Source: Octopus vulgaris
Lineage: Eukaryota
Assembly (NCBI GenBank): GCA_951406725.2
Contig: OX597814.1
Span: forward strand, 120,714,001-120,778,000
Length of the DNA stretch: 64,000 nucleotides
Reading direction: 5' to 3'
Shown piece by piece: positions 56,881-64,000 of this stretch; the first letter of the stretch is position 1; each line of letters opens with the position of its first letter. Position numbers and translations under genes: made by a program. Below the pieces are notes generated by a model. The model saw only the letters and a list, made by a program, of their open reading frames with translations, searched no databases and was not told where the DNA came from.

Positions 56881-59489
56881 GCCTGTGCATGTGTGGTGTT
56901 CATTATTCATGATACTAATATTTCGGGGGAAAACGAAAAAGACAAGTGTCTCATGGAAATTCTGTTGTTCTGAAAATTATCGTTTGAAATTATAGTATAC
57001 ATATACATATTTACATTTATATAGGTATATGTATGTACACTTGCGTCGGAAATTAATTAGCACTTCTCAACAGGTTCATTCCCATTGACGAGCTACAGAT
57101 GACTAATTAATCATTTTAATTAAGATATTAGTTGATTTATTTGGTCGTTAAAGGTGAAAATGATGGGTATAAGATTAAGTGAATTTTTTATTCAGTCAAA
57201 TGTCTTGCTCGCGTACAAACAACGAGCTTTCATGTGAGAATGTTTTTTCGTGGTTTTCGCCAGTTTTAGCAAGTAAGAAATCCACATGCTTGTTTTCTCT
57301 CTGTGTATATTTCATACACTATTATATATATATATGTAGGTGTGTATGTATGTGTGTGTGCGTGTGTTTTTGCATATATATGTGTGTGTATATGTGAGTG
57401 TGTGTGAGTGTGTGTGTGTATTTGTGTGCATGTGTATACACACACACACGCACACATATATATATGTTTGTATATAACCAGGCACACAATGCTTACATCA
57501 CTAGCTCCATTACACTGTGAGTTTGCATACGATTTATAGAATTCTTTGTAATTGCTTTCTAAATACATTTGCTATTCTCCACCTCGTATTGTATAGAAGG
57601 TAATTTAAATACTTCCGATATATTTTAAGAAATGGATTCCAAAATTAGAAGTATTTTAAGCTCAATGCGTTATACAGGAAAGAGAAATTTTGTTTAGATA
57701 TATATTTCAGGGAACACAAATTACTTAGGTGATTATTTCTTGACGAATTCCACACGTAGACGTTAGCAACTTTATTGTCAATCTGTTTGTTAGAATGAAC
57801 ATTAAAAACCAAATTGCAATATCAATGACATGTACTATTTTAAATATTCTGTTACTAATAGTTAACATTTTAACATATTTTAGTCATATTAGACGTAAAT
57901 ACGATAGAATGATACTTCAGTAGACAACAGCGTTAAAGCACAGCTGATATTTCGTCAGTCCTTCTGATATTATGGTAGTAAAGCAATCACTCAGTAGGAA
58001 TACGTTATTGTGCATTAGCTTCTGTGCAGTATATAAGAGATATATCTTTGGGATTACATTACTTAATATATTCTAAATTTTACATATTTAGTCTAAATAT
58101 GTTAATTTTTCAGTAAATGAATGTAATTTTGACGATGTTCCTCTTGATGCTGTTCTATTGTTCCAAATAATCCTGGTCGAGCATAATTCTCATAAAACAG
58201 TTTCATGCATTGACCAGGCAATGTTTCTTGGAGTATCTAATATATCCATCCATCATTCTCTGAACCGTAATCATGAGATGCACTGAAATGGCAGTATATT
58301 ATACGTTCGTTTGGTCATTGCACAATTTCAAAATTATACTACTGTTATTACTAGGATAATAATGAAAGGAAAGGTTGAATATTCACGAAGTCTAACATGA
58401 GGTATAAAGTGGGTCATACGCCATTTCGGCGTAATAATTCGATTTTCTAGGATGCGTCTATGTGTACAAAGTATGCCTTGACTTCAAATTAGTGCATGTG
58501 ATACTCCGTATTAATCCAGAGTTATTCAAGCGTTTTCGAGATCTTAGAAAGGGATAACGTATTACGGTATTCTAGATATCTCTTGTTGGAATTGTTTTAA
58601 AATGAGGTTAGTGGGGGGAAATAGAAGTGGAACCTCATTACCATCTCCTGTGCTACAATGTTAGGAGTTAGAAAATAAATATTAATCTGATGCTTTCTTT
58701 CGTTCTTTTTCTTTCTTCTTTTAAAAAAGCTGTTTATGAAGTTGAAAAAATATGCACTTATCTTTAAATATGTACGAACGTGATTTTTTTTCCGAAATGA
58801 CACATTTCTTCTAAATACAAATCTAGATCCAAAACTAAAATAATTGACCCTTCTATGAATGATAGAGAACCTGGCGTGTGTCCGAAAATGAAGGATAAAT
58901 ACTCAGAAGTAATCTATATAAAACTGGGTTGAAAATTTAGCGCGAACACTATAACAAAATGAAATCTACTAAAGTAAAAGCATCCAAAGGCCCGTGGGTT
59001 AAGAGCTGAAATATTAGTTGCCAAGTGTTTTAAAGAATTAAGCGAGTTATTTCAGGCTTAGCTGTGTAGCTATGTCTTCCGGTATCTCCGTCTACTAGCG
59101 TATAAGAAATAAAATATTATATCGTTACCACATGTGCGTCTTCAACACTGTCTTCAATTGTCATTAGCTGCTTTTATTCAGCTTCAACGTTAAATGCTTG
59201 ATGAAGGAAGTATTTTACAAAACGTGTAATAAAACTATTCTGATACAAAATATATGGTAGATGGCGGCTTGATGACGATGTATTAGAAATTGAAACTATA
59301 TAAATGTTTTATCCTGGAGTGATTACCGGATCCTTTTTCTTCAATTTCACTGTTTAACTTGAGCCTATTTTAAAAGTGTTACTTTTCAAACAAAAAGTAA
59401 TTTTTCTTCCAAATCTCTTTTCAAATCATTATGTTTAGCCTTAGAATGTTATCTATTATTGTATGAGAAAAGAACCAATCAACAAGACG

Positions 59490-59670
59490 AGTCCATTGTT
59501 ATGAACAAGGGAATTGTATGGAGGAGAATATCTGTATAAAGAAATGCCCGTTGATTTAAGAGGTAGTGATCTGTGGAAATTGGAAATCCAAGAACATACG
59601 TGATGAAGCTTTTAAAACTGAGGGAAGAAATAAGAATGAACAGAGATGTATGGAGACACAAAGTGTTCCA
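59490..59670 (+). mobile_element. Possible decayed RTE-type 3' end
   Basis: IKKCPL..CGNWKSKNIRDE..NRDVWR resembles KKC...G.CGRGRPRKTWDE..DRD.WR. Confidence 0.35.
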
Positions 59671-60399
59671 GAAAGTTTGTGTAAGTATATTGAAATTATA
59701 ATTAAAATTAGCAATATTGAAGGAGACCGATAGTAAAATATGGCCGTACACTTCTTTACATCGCGTTTTAATCATATTCCGAACAGTTCAACAAAGGTTT
59801 GTAAAAATTTTAGGACAAATACAAAGTATTCCTAATCCTTGTACAAAATAATAATAAACACAGGATTTATATGCTTGTTTCTATATATCATTATTATAGG
59901 GAAATATAAGCATAGATGTGTTTACAATTGGAATTCTATGAATAAGTTATATTAACAATATTAAGCATCAGTTTGAGACTCATCGTCGAAATAATCCAAA
60001 TTACGATGTCAAATTTATGTCTATATAGTATCAATTAACATTATCACTTGACACTCTTAAATCATTCTTAGTGGATAATACAGATACGGTTATAATACGA
60101 CAACTAAGTAATTAATTATATAAACGTTGTTAATGAGAGTGGAGTGTGAAAAATTATGTGAGTGACATGAATAATCTAACGCGGCCATAATTTCTAAACG
60201 TTGCTTGTCATATTCCTCATAGCTTTGCATTCAAAGTTCTTCCATAAATATTATGGGCCACAGTGTGTACCAGTAATATGATCTGACTGATTTAATTAAC
60301 TCTGCCGACTTTCTCTTTCTTGATGCGCGTACAAGTACTTGAACGCACACACGGGGGAGCGCACTCACACACACATGTGCTCGTATGTATATGTGTGTA

Positions 60400-60448
<49 letters not shown>

Positions 60449-60472
60449 GCGTGTGTGTGTGTGTGCTCGTAC

Positions 60473-60513
<41 letters not shown>

Positions 60514-60526
60514 CGAATATAAATGA

Positions 60527-60577
<51 letters not shown>

Positions 60578-61146
60578 TGGAGACAGACTGCACGTGCATG
60601 TGTGTAGGTGTTTGTGTGGGCAGTCATTTGCTTTAATAAGGGAATCATTGCAGAAATATACGAAGGAAGGGGAAAAGTAACAAACGTGTTCCCTAGACAC
60701 AGAAACACTGATTTCATAGTAATTTTCTATAAGGCTATATTACAATTCTATATTGAGTTATGGCTATATGAACGAATATAAATATTCCACGCATTGAATA
60801 GTCTCGTGCGAAGTAGTTCTTAATATATTAAATCAATTTCTAATCAAAAGACGATAAAATTTGTAAGTCTATCAGTAGTGCTTCGGTATATTGTAATTCG
60901 TAACACTGCTAGACGAGTAAATAAATGAAGTATATTAATAATTCATACTACATATAATTTATATACATTCTTTCCTTTTATTGTACGATTGTTGTTGGAA
61001 ATTATTCCCGGCGACATAATGTATATATGTAACATATTTGTATTTAATACTGGTTAATACAATCCCAACGTAATTTCCTTCCGAACCATACCATATACGC
61101 AATTTTTGAATATATGGCTTTCTATAGCATTATTAATGAGGTAAGG

Positions 61147-61548
<402 letters not shown>

Positions 61549-61918
61549 TGAGGTATATTCTACGTGAGATATTAAGGAACAACAAATGTATATATTCCAG
61601 TATATGTGACACATTGTATGCTGCCTTCAAATTTTATGAATAAAAATTGAGGTTTTGCTATTCTCTGAAGCTCTTCAATGAATTATCATATTCCGTATTA
61701 ATGAATACATTTATAAATGAGATTAGATCAAAGTAACTGAATATCAAAATATATTTTCATTTGAAGTAAAAGGAGAATTTAGAAATAAAAGAAAATATAA
61801 CTAACTGCATTCATTCATTGTTCCTGGGTGGTGAAGATTCACCAGCAATGACAAATATTTGGTGCGTTCTCTAAAGGAACGATTTTTTTTCAGAAATATC
61901 CACACAGAAACATACATG

Positions 61919-61984
<66 letters not shown>

Positions 61985-62247
61985 TATTTCATTTTATTTT
62001 ATTCAATTATAATATATTATCTTATAATATATCATTATAAGTAAATAAAACGTGGCAGGCAACAGGTTGGTCTGCCGCATACCGAAAGAAATTAGAAATG
62101 GCAGTCAAAGACTGTTTACTTCCATTTCCTACAAGTGGAGGCTCCATATACGACATAACCCTGCGATTCACATACGCAAAATCGGAGTAGCAAATAAACG
62201 AAAACAATCCCTTACCGTTAATGATGAACATGTTTCTAGATCGTAGG

Positions 62248-62308
<61 letters not shown>

Positions 62309-62964
62309 TATATCGTAGGCGATATATATATATGCATATATAGAAAGATGACACAAGTAGGCGAGAAAATGATATAATAATTTTATCATGAAATACATTT
62401 TGTAATGGTTATTACCGTTTTCTGTCATTTTGACTTTTTCAGCTAAGAATTAAGCAATGGTGGATATTAATTAAGAAGAAAAACAATTAAGTTGAGGAAA
62501 AAATAATTGAAATATTTTGCAAATATTTCCAGAGTCTTTAATTACGCAGAAAGATTTGATTTATACTATGGTCCCTTTTTAGTTATATTTTATGTGAAGG
62601 GACAATGGGTTTCCGTATTTTCCAGTACCTTACGATAAAGAGCGATTCCTAGGTTGCCCATGACTCGGTTAGCAAAGGAGGGGGCATTCTCGTAGCCATC
62701 GCAGTCCCCGATTTCTAAGAGTAAAACAAATGTGGATACTAATTAAGAAGAAAAACAAGTTGAAGAAAAAATAATAGAAATGTTTCGTATATATTTCCAT
62801 AGTCTTCAAATATGTAGGACATTTTCCTTTTTTCTGTCTGTCTGTTTGTCTGTCTTATCTTTTGTGACGGCTCGTAGGATAGGTAATAGTAGATTTGAAA
62901 AATTGTTTTTATGAGTGCAGGGATATATTTGGTACTAAAGTTTGATGGTTTAAACAGCAGCAGC

Positions 62965-63148
62965 CGAAGGAGGAGGTGAGGGAGAAGAAGAAAGTAGAAG
63001 AAGAAGAAGAAGGAGGAGGAGAAGTAGAAGAAGAAGAAGTAGTAGTAGTAGTAGTAGTAGTAGAAGAAGAAGAAGAAGAAGAAGAAGAAGAAGAAGAAGA
63101 AGAAGAAGAAGAAGAAGAAGAAGAAGAAGAAGGAGGAGGAGGAGGAAG
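62965..63148. repeat. (GAA)n/(GTA)n/(GGA)n trinucleotide tract
   Basis: Directly visible. Confidence 0.95.
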
Positions 63149-63344
63149 TGATATTATCAGGTAATAGAGGCTCTGCGTGGAATCTTCTGTAATGTTCAAA
63201 TGACCTCAAATTGACCTGTTGTGATTGTTGCAGTAATAGCAGTAGGAGCTGTTCCAAATAAATTCGACTGTTCTAAATGTATCTATCATTTTTAATATTG
63301 CCGTGTGTATTATGGTAAGAACTCTGTAGTATTGTCACGTGTTG

Positions 63345-63660
63345 TGGAAGCATTCAAATGTGGTTTATATGTTGCCATCAAATACGATTCTTTGCTAATA
63401 TGCTGTATATAGGTTGCATTGTTCCTAAATTCATAGAGGGGAAATTGTTCTAACATTGGTTTGTTCATTAGTGGCGCAAGTGTTGATGTCTTTCCTTAAT
63501 GTTTCTGTATTCACGTATTTGAATATGCACGGTCATCGTCTGGTGTAGACTGCCTTTTGTTTGACCAATATATTGCTCTCAACACCCCAAGCATGTTAAC
63601 ACATATATCAGGTTTTCCGAAGTGCATGTGAAGTTGTTTTTCTCTGTAAAATCTTGAGCC
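63345..63660 (-). mobile_element. Penelope-like GIY-YIG endonuclease fragment
   Basis: FTEKNNFTCTSENLIYVLTCLGC*EQYIGQT..MTVH; same motif series as 38090-38912. Confidence 0.8.
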
Positions 63661-64000
63661 TCTTTGAGGGAGACTTCCAATCCCTTACCAAGAAAGAATA
63701 CAAGACCTAACCCTAAATTCATAACCCACCTTCGAAACAACATCGAGTGTATCCCAACAACAAAAAAATAAGAAATCACTAACCACAGGATAGACATTAA
63801 GATAAGGAGATACCAGCGTAATTTTTACTCCAACAATCGACTTAACGACCATGCACAACAAATCCATACCACACGAAATAATCACCAACGACGGCTCTCT
63901 AAAGCACCGCATCGGAATATGAATTATAGGGACGCACTTTCAATCTCCATCCATAAATCGTAACAGAGAACTACACAACAACAGTGGACAACAGGAAAAC

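Noticed and set aside
63660-64000. C/A-rich stretch that might be a retroelement ORF1/gag remnant
   Set aside because: Stops in the frames examined, no motif, and truncated by the window end.

Overview
This is AT-rich, repeat-saturated eukaryotic DNA, apparently intergenic or intronic. The tRNA-headed SINEs, R4/Dong and Penelope-like relics and very long (TA)n/(CA)n/(TAA)n tracts point to a coleoid cephalopod, probably Octopus (inference). I found no intact host gene, RNA gene or CRISPR array. Nearly all supplied ORFs are microsatellite artefacts or pieces of decayed transposon genes. Content: five R4/Dong-type LINE relics in the first 11.3 kb; four Penelope-like (RT/GIY-YIG) relics; RTE and CR1/Jockey-like fragments; two Tc1/mariner (maT-like) relics; a long-TIR MITE; and about 20 SINE copies from several families, some with clear target-site duplications (TSDs). 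Most interesting: (i) short non-coding repeats of at least five families carrying hammerhead-ribozyme motifs, with one fully canonical type I fold at 34488-34590, several minimal dimer-type folds, recurrent non-canonical cores, and two families arranged as inverted pairs; (ii) a non-coding ~550 bp element found twice directly behind the (TAA)n tails of Dong LINEs; (iii) two SINE dimers fused at the same junction. Boundaries of degraded elements are approximate and were read by eye.
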